A stretch of DNA of 64,000 nucleotides. It comes from Candidatus Latescibacterota bacterium. GTDB taxonomy: Bacteria > Krumholzibacteriota > Krumholzibacteriia > WVZY01 > JAKEHA01. The notes below the pieces were generated by a model. The model was not told where the DNA came from and searched no databases. It was given only the letters and a program-made list of their open reading frames with translations. Location of the stretch: contig OY970173.1 of assembly GCA_963707635.1 (NCBI GenBank), positions 2,176,001 through 2,240,000 on the forward strand, in the 5' to 3' direction. Made by a program: the position numbers and the translations under genes. Positions 9,570 to 20,809 of the stretch are shown piece after piece. The first letter of the stretch is position 1, and each line of letters starts with the position of its first letter.

Positions 9570-10553
9570 CTAGACGCGCGCCCGCCCCACCCGCTCGGCG
9601 ATCCCGGCTGCCAGTCGCACGGCGTCCAGCCCGTCCTCTCCCGTGACCGGCGGGCGGGTTCGATCGACCACGCAGCGGCAAAACGAGGCCAGCTCCTTGA
9701 CCAGCGGCTCCACCCCGTCGCCCCGGATCTGCGCGACCTGGACCAGGTCCATCATGGCGCCGGGACCGGACGTCCCCGCGCGCTGCAACTCGGCCAGCCG
9801 CGCCTCGAACCCGTCGGCCTTGCGATAGTGCGTGGCGACGCCGGCGAGCAGGTCGATGGAGAAGTAGCCGTTGGCGGAGAACACACGAACCTTGCGCATG
9901 GGTGAGGCGGTGACGCGGCTGGCGGTGAGGTTGGCCACGCAGCCGCCTTCGTACTCCAGGCGCGCGCTGACGATGTCCGGTTCGGCGGTGAGAATGGCGG
10001 CGCCGTTGGCGCGGATGTCGCGCGGCCGCTCGCCGACCAGTAGGCCGAGCAGGTCGAGGTCGTGGATCATCAGGTCCATCACCACCGACACGTCGGTTCC
10101 ACGGATCGAAAACGGAGCCAGCCGGTGAACTTCGATAAACAGTGGGGTGCCGATGCGCGGAAAGACCGCCTCGACGGCACCGTTGAAACGCTCGATGTGT
10201 CCAACCTGGAGCAGCCGGTCCGCCGAACGCGCCGCGCGCACCACCCGCTCGCCCTCGGCCACCGAGGCCGCGAGCGGCTTCTCCACGAAGACATCCTTCC
10301 CCGCCGCCAGCGCCGCCACCGCCACCTCGGCGTGGGCAGAGGTCGTGGTCACGATGGAGACTGCGTCCACCGCGTCGAGCATCGCCGCGAGCGTGTCGAA
10401 CGCTGTCGCGCCGTGCTCGGCGGCCGCTTCGCGGGAGCGTTCCGGCCGGTGATCCACGCAGCCGACGAAGTCGACGCCGGGCGTGGCCCGAAGCACGCGA
10501 ACGTGGGCGCGTCCCAGACGCCCCACCCCCGCGACTCCGACGCGAAGTCCCAC
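9570..10553 (-). CDS. Gfo/Idh/MocA oxidoreductase, GnnA-like
   Basis: GVGRLG, EKP, VGHIERFN, DLMIHDLD; lies between lpxA and lpxB. Confidence 0.85.
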   Translation of the reverse strand: MGLRVGVAGVGRLGRAHVRVLRATPGVDFVGCVDHRPERSREAAAEHGATAFDTLAAMLDAVDAVSIVTTTSAHAEVAVAALAAGKDVFVEKPLAASVAEGERVVRAARSADRLLQVGHIERFNGAVEAVFPRIGTPLFIEVHRLAPFSIRGTDVSVVMDLMIHDLDLLGLLVGERPRDIRANGAAILTAEPDIVSARLEYEGGCVANLTASRVTASPMRKVRVFSANGYFSIDLLAGVATHYRKADGFEARLAELQRAGTSGPGAMMDLVQVAQIRGDGVEPLVKELASFCRCVVDRTRPPVTGEDGLDAVRLAAGIAERVGRARV

Positions 10554-10557
10554 CGTG

Positions 10558-11352
10558 TTACTTGGTGATGCCGCGCTCGCTGTGCCGCAGGAACTCGGCC
10601 ATCACCGCCGCCTCCGCGCTGTCCCAGCTGTCCCCGTCGAGCAGGTCGGTCACCTGGGAAACGTTGAGGTCGCTGCGGTAGAGGAGCTTGTAGATCTGCT
10701 TGATGTGCGCCCGCGCCTCCGCGGAGAACCCGCGGCGCTCGAGCCCGATCGAGTTGAGCCCGTACACCTGGAGCGGGTTGCCCGCCACCTTGATGAACGG
10801 CGGGATGTCGCGCTCCACGCGGCTGCCGCCGCCCACGAACGCGTACTTCCCGATGCGGACGAACTGGTGCACGGGCGTCAAGCCGCCGACGGTGACGAAG
10901 TCATCGATGGTGACGTGTCCCGCCAGGTTGACGGCGTTGGCGAGCACGACCTCGTTACCGATCACGCAATTGTGCGCGACGTGCACATACGCCATCAGCA
11001 GGCACCGGTTGCCGATCACCGTGCTCTCGCCTTCCCCGGTCGCGAGGTTGACGGTCACGAATTCGCGGAAGACGTTGTCGTCGCCGATGGTGAGATGACT
11101 GCGCTCGCCTTCGTACTTCAGGTCCTGCGGCGGGGAGCCGACGCTGGCCCCGTGAAAAAAGCGATTGTTCGCCCCGATCTTGGTGGCACCCTCGATCGAC
11201 ACGTTCGACCCGATGTCGCACCCGTCTCCGATCTCGACGTTCTCGCCGATGACCGTGTACGGGCCGATCCTCACCCCTTCACCAATGCGCGCCCACGAAT
11301 GAATCACCGCGGTGGGATGGATTTCCGTCTTTCTGAGATTGTAGCCCCTCAC
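10558..11352 (-). CDS. lpxA: Acyl-ACP--UDP-GlcNAc O-acyltransferase
   Basis: IHPTAVI, PQDLKY, AYVHVAHNC, LAGHV, VHQF; GTG start after SD GAAGGGAG. Confidence 0.95.
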   Translation of the reverse strand: MRGYNLRKTEIHPTAVIHSWARIGEGVRIGPYTVIGENVEIGDGCDIGSNVSIEGATKIGANNRFFHGASVGSPPQDLKYEGERSHLTIGDDNVFREFVTVNLATGEGESTVIGNRCLLMAYVHVAHNCVIGNEVVLANAVNLAGHVTIDDFVTVGGLTPVHQFVRIGKYAFVGGGSRVERDIPPFIKVAGNPLQVYGLNSIGLERRGFSAEARAHIKQIYKLLYRSDLNVSQVTDLLDGDSWDSAEAAVMAEFLRHSERGITK

Positions 11353-11381
11353 ACGATTACTCCCTTCTTGCACCATCGAGC

Positions 11382-12695
11382 CTAGCGCTCCACGATTACG
11401 GACGACAGCTCTGCCTCTGCGGCCAGCTTCCCGTCCACGTACGCGTACCCCTGCATCGTGCACATGCCGCGACGCAGGGTCTTCATTTCGAGAACGAACC
11501 GGAGCTGGTCTCCGGGGAGCACGGGGCGGCGGAATTTCGCGCGATCGATGCGCGTGAAGTATACGAGGTATTTCTTCGGATCGTCCACGGTATTGAGCAA
11601 CATGACGCCGCCGGTCTGCGCCATCGCTTCGATGATGAGCACCGCCGGCATGATCGGGTGTCCGGGAAAATGCCCGACGAAGAACGGTTCGTTGATGGTC
11701 ACGTTCTTGATCCCGACCACGCGTTTGCGGTCTTCCAGCTCGATGATACGGTCGACGAGCAGGAACGGATAGCGGTGCGGCATGATCTCCTGGATGAGAT
11801 TGATGTCCCATTCCCCGGTGGACATGGCCACCGACGTCCGCTTCCGGTGCTGGTGGATCTCCCACAGCATGCGCACGAAGTGCACATTGGCGGCGTGGCC
11901 GGACTTGACCGCGTGCACGTGCCCGCGAATCGGCGCGCCCAGCAGCGACAAGTCCCCGATCAGGTCGAGGATCTTGTGGCGCACGCATTCGTCCGGAAAC
12001 CGCAGCGGCTCTTCGTTCATGATTCCGTCGGGCGTGAACACGACCGCGTTCTTCAGCGACCCGCCGCGAATCAATCCCATCGCCTGCAGCCGCTCGACGT
12101 CCTCGCGCATCGCGAAGGTGCGGGCGGGGGCGATCTCGCGTTCGAACAGCTCCGGCGAAACCGTGAAGCTCGCGTACTGGGTTCCGATCTGCGGGTTGTC
12201 GTACTGAATCGTGAAGCTGACGCGAAAATCCTCCGCCGGCACGGCGTGGATCTCGATCCCGTCCTCCTTGAGCGTCACCGCTCGGTCGACGGCGAACACG
12301 TCCACCGGAGCGCCCTGGTTGACGAATCCCGCCTGCGCAAAATCGCTCACGTAGGACGCGTACGTCCCGCTCGCCGGCTCCGGCGGTTCGTTGCCGTCGA
12401 GCTCGATGACCAGGTTGTCGATCTGGAGGCTGTAGCAGGTCGCGAGCACGTGCTCGACGGTGTGGATCTCGGCGGACCCGTGCGAAATGGTCGTGTTACG
12501 GAACGACTGGGCGTTCTCGGGGATGCTCGTCACGACCGCCGGAATCTCGACCGGCGGCGTGAGGTCGACCCGCACGAACTTGATCCCCGTGCCGGGGCGC
12601 GCCGCCTTGACGCGCATGGTCACGATGTTGCCGGTGTGGAGGCCCTGACCCTTCACGACGAACTCTCTAGCGATCGTCCGCTGCTGTCGCGCCAT
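11382..12695 (-). CDS. lpxC: Bifunctional LpxC/FabZ
   Basis: N-terminal TVEH and [10 protein letters not shown] (LpxC); C-terminal [12 protein letters not shown] and FPGHPIMP (FabZ). Confidence 0.95.
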   Translation of the reverse strand: MARQQRTIAREFVVKGQGLHTGNIVTMRVKAARPGTGIKFVRVDLTPPVEIPAVVTSIPENAQSFRNTTISHGSAEIHTVEHVLATCYSLQIDNLVIELDGNEPPEPASGTYASYVSDFAQAGFVNQGAPVDVFAVDRAVTLKEDGIEIHAVPAEDFRVSFTIQYDNPQIGTQYASFTVSPELFEREIAPARTFAMREDVERLQAMGLIRGGSLKNAVVFTPDGIMNEEPLRFPDECVRHKILDLIGDLSLLGAPIRGHVHAVKSGHAANVHFVRMLWEIHQHRKRTSVAMSTGEWDINLIQEIMPHRYPFLLVDRIIELEDRKRVVGIKNVTINEPFFVGHFPGHPIMPAVLIIEAMAQTGGVMLLNTVDDPKKYLVYFTRIDRAKFRRPVLPGDQLRFVLEMKTLRRGMCTMQGYAYVDGKLAAEAELSSVIVER

Positions 12696-13734
12696 GCTCG
12701 CCTCCTTTCTCCAGCTCGCGAATGCGAAGCTCGAGCTCCTTCATGCGTTTGAACAGATCGGGCAGCATGGCGGTGAGCGCCCCGATGCGCCGCGCGGCGC
12801 TGTGCTCGCGCGCCGGATAGCCGGAGACGGTCGTCCCGGCCGGGATCGACTTGGTGACGCCGCTCTGCCCGCCGACGACCACGCCATCCCCCAGCACGAT
12901 GTGTCCCTGCAGCCCTGCCTGGCCCCCCAGGACGACATTGTCGCCCAGCTCCGTGCTGCCGGAGATCCCCACCTGCGCGGCGATCACGCAGTTCTCACCC
13001 ACCACCACGTTGTGCGCGATCTGCACCAGGTTGTCGATCTTGGTCCCGCGCCCAATCCGGGTCTCGCCGGTGGTGGCGCGATCGACGCACGAGTTCGCAC
13101 CGATTTCGACGTCGTCCTCGATCACGACGCGGCCGATCTGCGGGACCTTGTGATGGGTCGATCCGTTCTTCGCGTAGCCGAACCCATCGCTGCCGATCAC
13201 GACGCCGGGCTGGAGGATCACCCGGTCACCGATCTCGCACCCCTCGCGAATGGTGACGCTCGGGTAGATCAAACAACCCTTGCCGATCGAGGCGTGCTCG
13301 CCGACAAACGAGCCGCACAGTACCGTGGTGTCGTCACCGACAGTCGCGTGGGGCCCGATCTGGCATCCGGGGCCGATGGCGACGTTCTCGCCCAGGCGGG
13401 CCGACGGGTCCACCATCGCGGTGCGGTCCACGCCGCGCGCGTACCGGACCGCCTGGTCGGCCGCAAAAATATTCAGGACTTGAAAATAGGCGTAATAGGG
13501 GTTGGAGATTCTGATCAGCGGTTTGCTGGTGGCCAGGCTTCCGCCGCCGATGACCGCCGACGCGCGCGTGCTGGTGAGAAACTCTTCGTACCTCGGGTTC
13601 GCGATGAATGTGATGTCGCCCGGCTCCGCCTCCCGGATGCCGGCGACCCCGCGAATGACGGTATCGCCGTCGCCTTCGACATCCCCGCCGAGGATAGCCG
13701 CAAGCTCGCACAGTTTATAACAACGCTCGCCCAA
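12667..13734 (-). CDS. lpxD: UDP-3-O-acylglucosamine N-acyltransferase
   Basis: [22 protein letters not shown], hexapeptide repeats. Confidence 0.95.
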   Translation of the reverse strand: MGERCYKLCELAAILGGDVEGDGDTVIRGVAGIREAEPGDITFIANPRYEEFLTSTRASAVIGGGSLATSKPLIRISNPYYAYFQVLNIFAADQAVRYARGVDRTAMVDPSARLGENVAIGPGCQIGPHATVGDDTTVLCGSFVGEHASIGKGCLIYPSVTIREGCEIGDRVILQPGVVIGSDGFGYAKNGSTHHKVPQIGRVVIEDDVEIGANSCVDRATTGETRIGRGTKIDNLVQIAHNVVVGENCVIAAQVGISGSTELGDNVVLGGQAGLQGHIVLGDGVVVGGQSGVTKSIPAGTTVSGYPAREHSAARRIGALTAMLPDLFKRMKELELRIRELEKGGEHGATAADDR

Positions 13735-13761
13735 GGATATCCTGTCCGCGGCGGCAAGCGC

Positions 13762-14298
13762 CTACTGTTGTCGGGTACTCAAGGTCGCGAGCACGAGCTC
13801 GGTGAGATCGATGGCCTTGTCCGCATAAACGATGTTGGCGTTGGCCACGTCGAACACCATGGTGTAGCCCTGCTCCTTCGCGATCTTCTCGATGATCTTG
13901 TTGATCTTGTCGACGATCGGCTGCGTCAGCTCCTTGTTGCGGCGCGCCGCCAGGCCGGTGTCGCCGAAAGTCTCGTCCATGAAGCGCTTGTACTCGTCCA
14001 TCTTGCGCTGGAACTCGAGTTTTCGCTCCGCCTTCTTCTCCTCCGAGAGCATCGGGCTCTGCGCGCTCAATTCCTCGCCCATGCGCGACAGATCCTGTTC
14101 GTAGCGCTGCTTCTGCGCCTCCCACTGCTGCACGTCGGCACGGTACTGGCGCTCCGCCTCCTGGGTTTCCTTGTTCTCGGCGAAGATCTTAATTGAGTCA
14201 ATGTATCCAATCTTGACCGTCTGGGCAAGCGCCGAAATGGCTCCCACCACCACCACGGCCATGCTCAGGGCCAGCACTGCAAGCATCTTGTGTTTCAT
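13762..14298 (-). CDS. skp: OmpH/Skp periplasmic chaperone
   Basis: Signal peptide, KIGYID, coiled coil, DLT.LVL; between bamA and lpxD. Confidence 0.9.
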   Translation of the reverse strand: MKHKMLAVLALSMAVVVVGAISALAQTVKIGYIDSIKIFAENKETQEAERQYRADVQQWEAQKQRYEQDLSRMGEELSAQSPMLSEEKKAERKLEFQRKMDEYKRFMDETFGDTGLAARRNKELTQPIVDKINKIIEKIAKEQGYTMVFDVANANIVYADKAIDLTELVLATLSTRQQ

Positions 14299-14342
14299 GA
14301 GTTACACTCTCCTTTGCAATCCGATTCGAATGTGACCGGGGG

Positions 14343-16640
14343 CTAGAACGACGAGCCAAACGTGATGTGCGGCTCCCAACGCGCGCCGCCCACGCGGTCG
14401 AACCCGTACGCGTAGTCGAAACCGAACAGGCCGATCATCGGCAGCTCGATCATGACACCGAAGCCAGCACCGCGGTATATATCGCCCAGGTCCGCGGCCC
14501 CGAAGCTGTTCCACGTTCCCCCGAAGTCGAGGAAGGTGTGGGCATACACCGTCGGCGGAACGATCGGAAACTCGATCTGCACCACCGTGATCTCGTAGAA
14601 ACGCCCTCCCACGAACGGGCTGTTGCCGCGCGGCACCACCTCGTAGAAGTCGTAGCCGCGCAGACCATACCGGCGATTCCCGCCGAGCCGGAAGCGTTCG
14701 TAGTCGGGCACCTGGTCCGGACTCGAGTACCCGTTGACGATGCCCATCGTCTGCCGCAGCTCCAGGACGAACTTCCACTCGAGCGATTGGAACCATGAAA
14801 ACTCCGCCTCGTACCGCTGAATGTTCACGTCGCCGCCCAGCGCGGCGCCCGTCCAGCGCGCGTTGAGCGTCGTGCGCGTCCCCGTGGTCGCGTGGAACGG
14901 GTTGTCGGTCGAATTACGAAACAGGGTCAGCCCGAGCGAATTCGTCCGCTGCGGCCACTGCGTTTCCAGGAGCGGACCGCGATACAGGGGCGAAAAATTC
15001 GACAACTCCACCTCTTCGAGACTATAGCGCACCGAGATCGACGTGTAGTCGAGAAATGGCACCGGGCGCCCCACCCGCACGGAGAAACCGGTGCGCCGAT
15101 CGGAATAGAACTGCTGCGCCACCTTTTCCTGGTTGGCGGCGAAGAGCGAAAAGCTCAACTCGGTCGGGGTGCCGAACGCCCACGGCTGCGTAAAATTCAG
15201 ATTCACGTCCTGGCGTGAGCGCGAGAACTCCCAGTTCACCCCAACGCGGTATCCGCGGCCGAGAAAGTTCGGCTCGGTGACCCCGATGAAGCCGCTCACC
15301 CGGTTGAGCTGCGAGAACCCGGCGCCGACGCGAAACTGCCCAGCGGATTTCTCTTCCACCCGCAGCGTCAGATCGATGTCGCCCTCTTCGTTCACCGGGT
15401 CGACGCTGACCTGCGGCGGTCCGGCGAAGAACCCGAGGTTGAACACCTCGCGCAGCGACCGTCGCAGGCGGCTGCTCGCGAACACGTCGCCCGGGTACAG
15501 CACCAGTTCGCGCCGGATGACATCCTCCCACGTCTTGGTGTTCCCCACCACGTTGATCTGGCGGACGTGCGCCAGGTGCCCCTGGTCGATCTCGATCGTG
15601 AGATCGATCACCTCGCCCCGCACCTGCTTCACCGGCGTCACGGTGGCGTAGATGTAGCCCCGATCCCCGAACAGGTTGGCGATGTTGAACTGGATGCGCG
15701 AGAGCTCGATGTCGTCGAAAGGTTCCCCGCTCTTCAGGGTCACCCGGTTCGCGATCACGCTGTCCGGAAACAGCGCGTTTCCCGTCCAGTCGATCGTGCC
15801 GACGAAATACCGTGTCCCCTCGCTGATGGTGATGAAGACGTCCACGTCGCGGCGGCTGGGGGAGAAGACGAACTCGGGCTCGTTCACGGCGACGTCGAGG
15901 TACCCCTGCGTCTTGTACAGTTCGATGATCCGCTCCCGGTCCGCCTCGAGCTCTTTGGGGTTGTAGTCGCCCCCGCTGAGCCAGGTGTCGGGCTTCGACT
16001 TCACCACCTTGTCGATCGCCTCGGTGTCGATCCCCTGCGCGCCGATGAAATCGATATGCTTGATGCGGACCTTTTCCCCTTCCGCGATGCGATAGATCAA
16101 CACGCGGCTCTTGGTCTTTTCGTCCCGCACGACGGTGTCGGTCACCGCCACCCCGGAGTAGCCCTTCTCGTGATAGATGTCCGCAATCGCCTGGCGGTCC
16201 CGGTTGAGCAGTGACGGCCGCGCGAAGGTGCCCTTGGTGATGCCGACCGCCTTGCGCAGGTCGTCCTCGCCGACGTGGTCGACGCCCTCGAAGCGCACTT
16301 CGTCCACGCGCGGGAACTCGGCCACCTCGATCACCACCACCACCGAGTCCGCCGTCGTTCCATCCTCTTTGTACGCACGCACGTCGCGAAACTGGCGGGT
16401 TTCGTACAGGCGCTTGAGCGCGGGGCGGATGCGCTCAGGGTCGTAGCCTTCCCCGGGCTTGAGGGCGAGCACGCGCAGGATCTTGGGCGCGGAGACCTGG
16501 TCGTTGCCGCGCACCTCGATACGCTGCATGAACGTGGTGGGCCGGTCCGCGGCCCGGACGGCCGCCGGGACGAGCAGAGAAACGGCCCCCAGTAAAACGC
16601 CTAACTTATTGCAGTGCATTGAGCTACAGGGTCGCGCCAA
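14343..16640 (-). CDS. bamA: Outer membrane protein assembly factor (start uncertain, 16619 or 16640)
   Basis: POTRA repeats, GNTKT...VIRREL, LRGY, C-terminal F. Confidence 0.92.
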   Translation of the reverse strand: MARPCSSMHCNKLGVLLGAVSLLVPAAVRAADRPTTFMQRIEVRGNDQVSAPKILRVLALKPGEGYDPERIRPALKRLYETRQFRDVRAYKEDGTTADSVVVVIEVAEFPRVDEVRFEGVDHVGEDDLRKAVGITKGTFARPSLLNRDRQAIADIYHEKGYSGVAVTDTVVRDEKTKSRVLIYRIAEGEKVRIKHIDFIGAQGIDTEAIDKVVKSKPDTWLSGGDYNPKELEADRERIIELYKTQGYLDVAVNEPEFVFSPSRRDVDVFITISEGTRYFVGTIDWTGNALFPDSVIANRVTLKSGEPFDDIELSRIQFNIANLFGDRGYIYATVTPVKQVRGEVIDLTIEIDQGHLAHVRQINVVGNTKTWEDVIRRELVLYPGDVFASSRLRRSLREVFNLGFFAGPPQVSVDPVNEEGDIDLTLRVEEKSAGQFRVGAGFSQLNRVSGFIGVTEPNFLGRGYRVGVNWEFSRSRQDVNLNFTQPWAFGTPTELSFSLFAANQEKVAQQFYSDRRTGFSVRVGRPVPFLDYTSISVRYSLEEVELSNFSPLYRGPLLETQWPQRTNSLGLTLFRNSTDNPFHATTGTRTTLNARWTGAALGGDVNIQRYEAEFSWFQSLEWKFVLELRQTMGIVNGYSSPDQVPDYERFRLGGNRRYGLRGYDFYEVVPRGNSPFVGGRFYEITVVQIEFPIVPPTVYAHTFLDFGGTWNSFGAADLGDIYRGAGFGVMIELPMIGLFGFDYAYGFDRVGGARWEPHITFGSSF

Positions 16641-16649
16641 AACTGGTGG

Positions 16650-16678
16650 AGGTTAGCACAGCGCACCCAATGAGTAAA
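16650..16678 (-). promoter_or_regulatory. Sigma70-type promoter for bamA
   Basis: TTTACT-N17-TAACCT with extended TG. Confidence 0.5.
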
Positions 16679-16716
16679 CAAAAAGCAAGATACCCCCGGC
16701 AGGCGCCAGGGGTATC
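16678..16716 (-). terminator. Intrinsic terminator after clpC
   Basis: GATACCCCTGGC-GCCT-GCCGGGGGTATC followed by TTGCTTTTTGT on the minus strand. Confidence 0.75.
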
Positions 16717-16746
16717 GCATGCGAAGTCTGGAACTATCGACGCCGC

Positions 16747-19200
16747 TTACGTTTGCGGCGCGTCCTCGCCCGCGTCGCTGGCCACCGCAAACGCGAGCTC
16801 GTCCGCAGCGACCCCGACTTTGATTTCGGCGTCCTTCTGGATGCCGTGCGCGAGAATCAGCTCGCTCAGCGGGTCTTCGAGGTAGCGCTGGATCGCCCGG
16901 CGCAGCGGACGCGCGCCGAGTGCCGGATCGAACCCGTGGTCGATGAGGAAGGCCTTCGCCTCATCCGAAACATTAACATCGATCTCGAGCACGTCGAGCC
17001 GCTTGACGAAGTTGCGCAGGAGGACCTCGACGATCTGCCGCATGTCGTCCTTCTCGAGCTGACGGAACACGATGGCGTCGTCCAGGCGATTGAGGAACTC
17101 GGGATTGAATGTCTTCTTCAAATGGTCGAGCAGCTTCGCGCGAATCGACTGAAACTGCGCGTCGCTCCCGTCCTGGACGAACCCCATGGTCTTGCCCGAG
17201 CGGATCTCCCCGGCACCCACGTTGGAGGTCATGATGAGAACCGTGTTCCGGAAGTCCACCCGACGTCCGTAGCTGTCGGTGAGCTGTCCCTCCTCCATGA
17301 CCTGGAGCAGAATATTGAAGACGTCCGGGTGGGCCTTCTCGATTTCGTCCAGCAGGACCACCGAATACGGCTTGCGCCGGACCTTTTCGGTGAGCTGCCC
17401 GCCTTCGTCGTATCCGACGTAACCTGGGGGCGCGCCGATCAGGCGGGACACGCTGAACTTCTCCATGTACTCCGACATGTCGATCCGGATCAGCGCCTCC
17501 TCGGACTCGAACATTACTTCCGCCAGCGACTTCGCCAACTCGGTCTTGCCCACGCCGGTGGGACCGAGGAAGATGAAGCTTCCGATCGGCCGCCTCGGGT
17601 CGCGCAGCCCCGCGCGATTGCGTCGCACCGCGCGCGCCACCGCCCTGACCGCTTCCTCCTGGCCGATCACGCGGGCGCGAATCGCGTTCTCGAGGTGCAG
17701 GAGCTTCTCGGTCTCTTCCTTCTCGACCTCGCTGACCGGGATCCCGGTCATCGCCGCCACCACCTTGGCGATGTCCGTGCTCGTCACCACCGTCTCCTGC
17801 GCCTGTTTCGTCTCAGCCCAGGTCTTACGGATGTCGTCGAGAGTCTTGCGAAGCTCCTTCTCCCGATCCCGGTAGCGGGCCGCCTTTTCGAACTCCTGCG
17901 CCTGAATCGCCGACTCCTTCTCCCGCGACACCTCTTCGATCTCGCGCTCGAGGTTGGTCAGCTCCATGGGCGCGGTCACCACCGACAGGCGCGCGCGCGA
18001 GCCCGCCTCGTCGATCACGTCGATCGCCTTGTCGGGCAGGAAGCGGTCATGGATGTAGCGCTCGGCAAGAAACACCGCGGCGCGCACCGCGTCGTCGTTG
18101 ATCTTCACGCGGTGGTGCGCCTCGTACTTGTCGCGCAGCCCCATGATGATCTGGATGGTCTCTTCCGACGTCGGCGGGTTGACCATGATGGGCTGGAAGC
18201 GGCGCTCGAGCGCGCCGTCCTTCTCGATGTACTTGCGATACTCGTCGAGCGTGGTGGCGCCGATGCACTGGAGCTCGCCGCGCGCGAGCGCGGGCTTGAG
18301 CATGTTCGAGGCGTCGATGGCTCCCTCGGCGCCGCCGGCACCCACGATGGTGTGGATCTCGTCGATGAAGATGATCACGTCTTCGGCCTGACGGATCTCG
18401 TTGATGATCGACTTCAGGCGCTCCTCGAACTGGCCGCGGTACTTGGTCCCCGCCACCACCGACGCCAGGTCGAGCGTGCAGATGCGCCGGTCCTTGAGAA
18501 TCTCGGGCACCTTGTTGTCGACGATGCGCTGCGCGAGCCCCTCGGCGATGGCGGTCTTGCCCACGCCGGGTTCGCCGATCAGCACCGGGTTGTTCTTCTT
18601 GCGCCGGCTCAAGACCTGGATCACGCGTTCGATTTCCTGGTCGCGGCCGATGATGGGGTCGAGCTTGCTCTCGCGCGCCATCTGCGTCAGGTCGCGGCCG
18701 AACTGATCCAGGTTCGGGGTGTCGCTCTTCTCTTTCTTGGCCTTGCGCGTCTTGACGGTCGTGGTCGGGCCCAGGAGCTTGAGCACTTCCTCGCGCACGC
18801 GCTTGCGGTCCACGCCGAGCTCGGCGAGCACCTGCGCCGCCACCCCTTCCCCTTCCCGAATCAGCCCCAGCAGCAGATGCTCGGTGCCGACGTAGTTGTG
18901 GCCGAGCAACCTCGCCTCCTCGATCGCCAGCTCCAGCACGCGCTTCGCGCGCGGCGTGAACGGGATCTCGCCGATGGTCAGGGTCCCGCCGGAGCTCTTG
19001 ACCATGTTCTCGACCGCCTGCTGGATCTGCTCGAAATCGAGCTCGAGCTTCGCGAGCACCTTGGCCGCGATGCCCTCGCCCTCGCGCACAATCCCGAGCA
19101 GCAGGTGCTCGGTGCCGATGTAATCGTGCTGCAGCCGCGCCGCTTCGTCGCGGGCGTAGTAGATCACCTTGCGAACCCGATCCGTAAAACGATCCTGCAT
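16747..19200 (-). CDS. clpC: ATP-dependent Clp protease ATPase subunit
   Basis: Clp N repeats, two AAA+ modules ([16 protein letters not shown]), UVR middle domain, MGF ClpP-docking loop. Confidence 0.95.
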   Translation of the reverse strand: MQDRFTDRVRKVIYYARDEAARLQHDYIGTEHLLLGIVREGEGIAAKVLAKLELDFEQIQQAVENMVKSSGGTLTIGEIPFTPRAKRVLELAIEEARLLGHNYVGTEHLLLGLIREGEGVAAQVLAELGVDRKRVREEVLKLLGPTTTVKTRKAKKEKSDTPNLDQFGRDLTQMARESKLDPIIGRDQEIERVIQVLSRRKKNNPVLIGEPGVGKTAIAEGLAQRIVDNKVPEILKDRRICTLDLASVVAGTKYRGQFEERLKSIINEIRQAEDVIIFIDEIHTIVGAGGAEGAIDASNMLKPALARGELQCIGATTLDEYRKYIEKDGALERRFQPIMVNPPTSEETIQIIMGLRDKYEAHHRVKINDDAVRAAVFLAERYIHDRFLPDKAIDVIDEAGSRARLSVVTAPMELTNLEREIEEVSREKESAIQAQEFEKAARYRDREKELRKTLDDIRKTWAETKQAQETVVTSTDIAKVVAAMTGIPVSEVEKEETEKLLHLENAIRARVIGQEEAVRAVARAVRRNRAGLRDPRRPIGSFIFLGPTGVGKTELAKSLAEVMFESEEALIRIDMSEYMEKFSVSRLIGAPPGYVGYDEGGQLTEKVRRKPYSVVLLDEIEKAHPDVFNILLQVMEEGQLTDSYGRRVDFRNTVLIMTSNVGAGEIRSGKTMGFVQDGSDAQFQSIRAKLLDHLKKTFNPEFLNRLDDAIVFRQLEKDDMRQIVEVLLRNFVKRLDVLEIDVNVSDEAKAFLIDHGFDPALGARPLRRAIQRYLEDPLSELILAHGIQKDAEIKVGVAADELAFAVASDAGEDAPQT

Positions 19201-19228
19201 GATTACCCCGTGTGTCGCTTCGGTGCTT

Positions 19229-20296
19229 TCAATTGGCCGCGCGCGTGAGGGCGTCGCGAATGTAGGCGGCGCGCGCGACGTCCCGTTCCTGCGGATCCAG
19301 CGCGGTTCCCTGTCGCATCTGCAAGTGGGCCGGTTGGATGTAAACCAGAAGCTCGTTGAGCGTTCGCACCGGCACGTCCTTCACCAGCCCGGCCCCCACC
19401 CCCAGCCGCACCGCCGAGATCAGGCTCAACGCTTCCTTGGTGTTCACACTTCGAGAATAACGAAGAAGGCCATAGGCCCGCCAGACTTTATCCTCGAGCA
19501 AGGTCTGTGCCTTGCGAAACAGCATCTCGCGGGCGCGGCGCTCGTACGCGATCACCTTCAACACCATTTCCCGCAAGTTCTTAACGATGACGTCTTCGGG
19601 TGTCCCCAGCGCCGAGCTGTTGGACAGCTGAAAGAAGTTCCCCATCGTGTCGGAACCCTCCCCGTACAGCCCCCGGATCGAATGGTTGAGTTTGCGCAGC
19701 GATTCCAGCAGTTTGTGGATTTCCTTGCTGTGCACCAGCCCGGGGAGGTGGATCAGGACCGAGACCCGCATGCCCGTGCCCAGGTTGGTCGGGCACGCGG
19801 TCAGGAACCCAAGGCGCTGATGGTACGCCAGTTCCAGCTCCGGGGCGATCTGGTCGTCGAGGTCGTTGGCGCGGCGGAAGGCGGTGCCCAGATCGAATCC
19901 GGAGGCAAAGCCCTGGATGCGCAGGTGGTCTTCCTCGTTGATCATCAGCCCCACGCTCTCGTCGGGCGTGAACACCAGCCCGCGGCTGACCGAATTGAAC
20001 AGAAAATCTCGGCTCACTAGGTGGCGTTCGGCCAGGAGCTGGCGATCCTGGCTCGAGATTTCGCCCATCGCGGCGACCCGGCTTTGCGCAAAGACCCGGG
20101 TCCGGAGCGCACCGTCCAGGGACTTGCGCATGATGGCTCCGAGTTCCGCGTTGTCGCAGTGATGGGTGAATCGGTGCCCGCTCAGGTTGCGCGCGATGCG
20201 CGCCCGGCTCGACAGCACGATTTCGTTCTCCTCGCCGCTTCCCTCCATCCACGCCCCGGGATGCCCGACCAGCTCGTTCGCGTCGAAGGCGTTCAT
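19229..20296 (-). CDS. mcsB: Protein arginine kinase
   Basis: SSRARIARN, NEEDHLRIQ, TACPTNLGTG. Confidence 0.93.
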   Translation of the reverse strand: MNAFDANELVGHPGAWMEGSGEENEIVLSSRARIARNLSGHRFTHHCDNAELGAIMRKSLDGALRTRVFAQSRVAAMGEISSQDRQLLAERHLVSRDFLFNSVSRGLVFTPDESVGLMINEEDHLRIQGFASGFDLGTAFRRANDLDDQIAPELELAYHQRLGFLTACPTNLGTGMRVSVLIHLPGLVHSKEIHKLLESLRKLNHSIRGLYGEGSDTMGNFFQLSNSSALGTPEDVIVKNLREMVLKVIAYERRAREMLFRKAQTLLEDKVWRAYGLLRYSRSVNTKEALSLISAVRLGVGAGLVKDVPVRTLNELLVYIQPAHLQMRQGTALDPQERDVARAAYIRDALTRAAN

Positions 20297-20808
20297 GAGC
20301 CCTCCTCGACCTGCGCCTCGAGCCCGCGGATTTCATCGCGGATAGCCGCCGCGCGTTCGTAGTCTTCCGCCCGGATCGCCAGCGAGAGGTCCTCCCGCAG
20401 CGCCGCCATCCGATCGCGCAGTGCGGCGCGCTCGCTGTGCGCGGCCGCCTTCTTGCCCTCGTGCTGCGTGCTGCCGTGGACGTGCCGGAGCACCGGCACC
20501 AGTTGCGCCTCGAAGGCGTCGTAGCACTGCGGGCAGCCGAGCCGTCCGATCTTCTTGAAATCGGAATATTCGTAACCGCACCCGGCGCAACGGACCTTGG
20601 TGATACGCTCCGCTTCCGAATCGACCGCCGTGTCGATCAGCCCCGCCACCAGGTCCCCGAGCCCGTAATTCCCGGTCTTGTGCACGTCGATGCCCCGCTC
20701 CTCGGCACATTCGACACACAGGTTCATCGCGACCATGCTCTGGTTCACGATCTCGGTGTAGTGCACCTTCGCGGGGCGCTGCTTGCATACCTGGCAGAGC
20801 ATCGACAT
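20293..20808 (-). CDS. mcsA: McsB activator (four CxxC motifs plus UVR domain)
   Basis: CQVC, CVEC, CAGC, CPQC; EDYERAAAIRD. Confidence 0.92.
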   Translation of the reverse strand: MSMLCQVCKQRPAKVHYTEIVNQSMVAMNLCVECAEERGIDVHKTGNYGLGDLVAGLIDTAVDSEAERITKVRCAGCGYEYSDFKKIGRLGCPQCYDAFEAQLVPVLRHVHGSTQHEGKKAAAHSERAALRDRMAALREDLSLAIRAEDYERAAAIRDEIRGLEAQVEEGS

Positions 20809-20809
20809 G

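Noticed and set aside
16753..19248. 831-aa plus-strand ORF and similar long antisense ORFs (17..1282, 12694..14196, 22846..24543, 43765..45459, 56938..58371)
   Set aside because: Shadow frames opposite well-conserved genes, caused by high-GC codon bias; no recognisable motifs.
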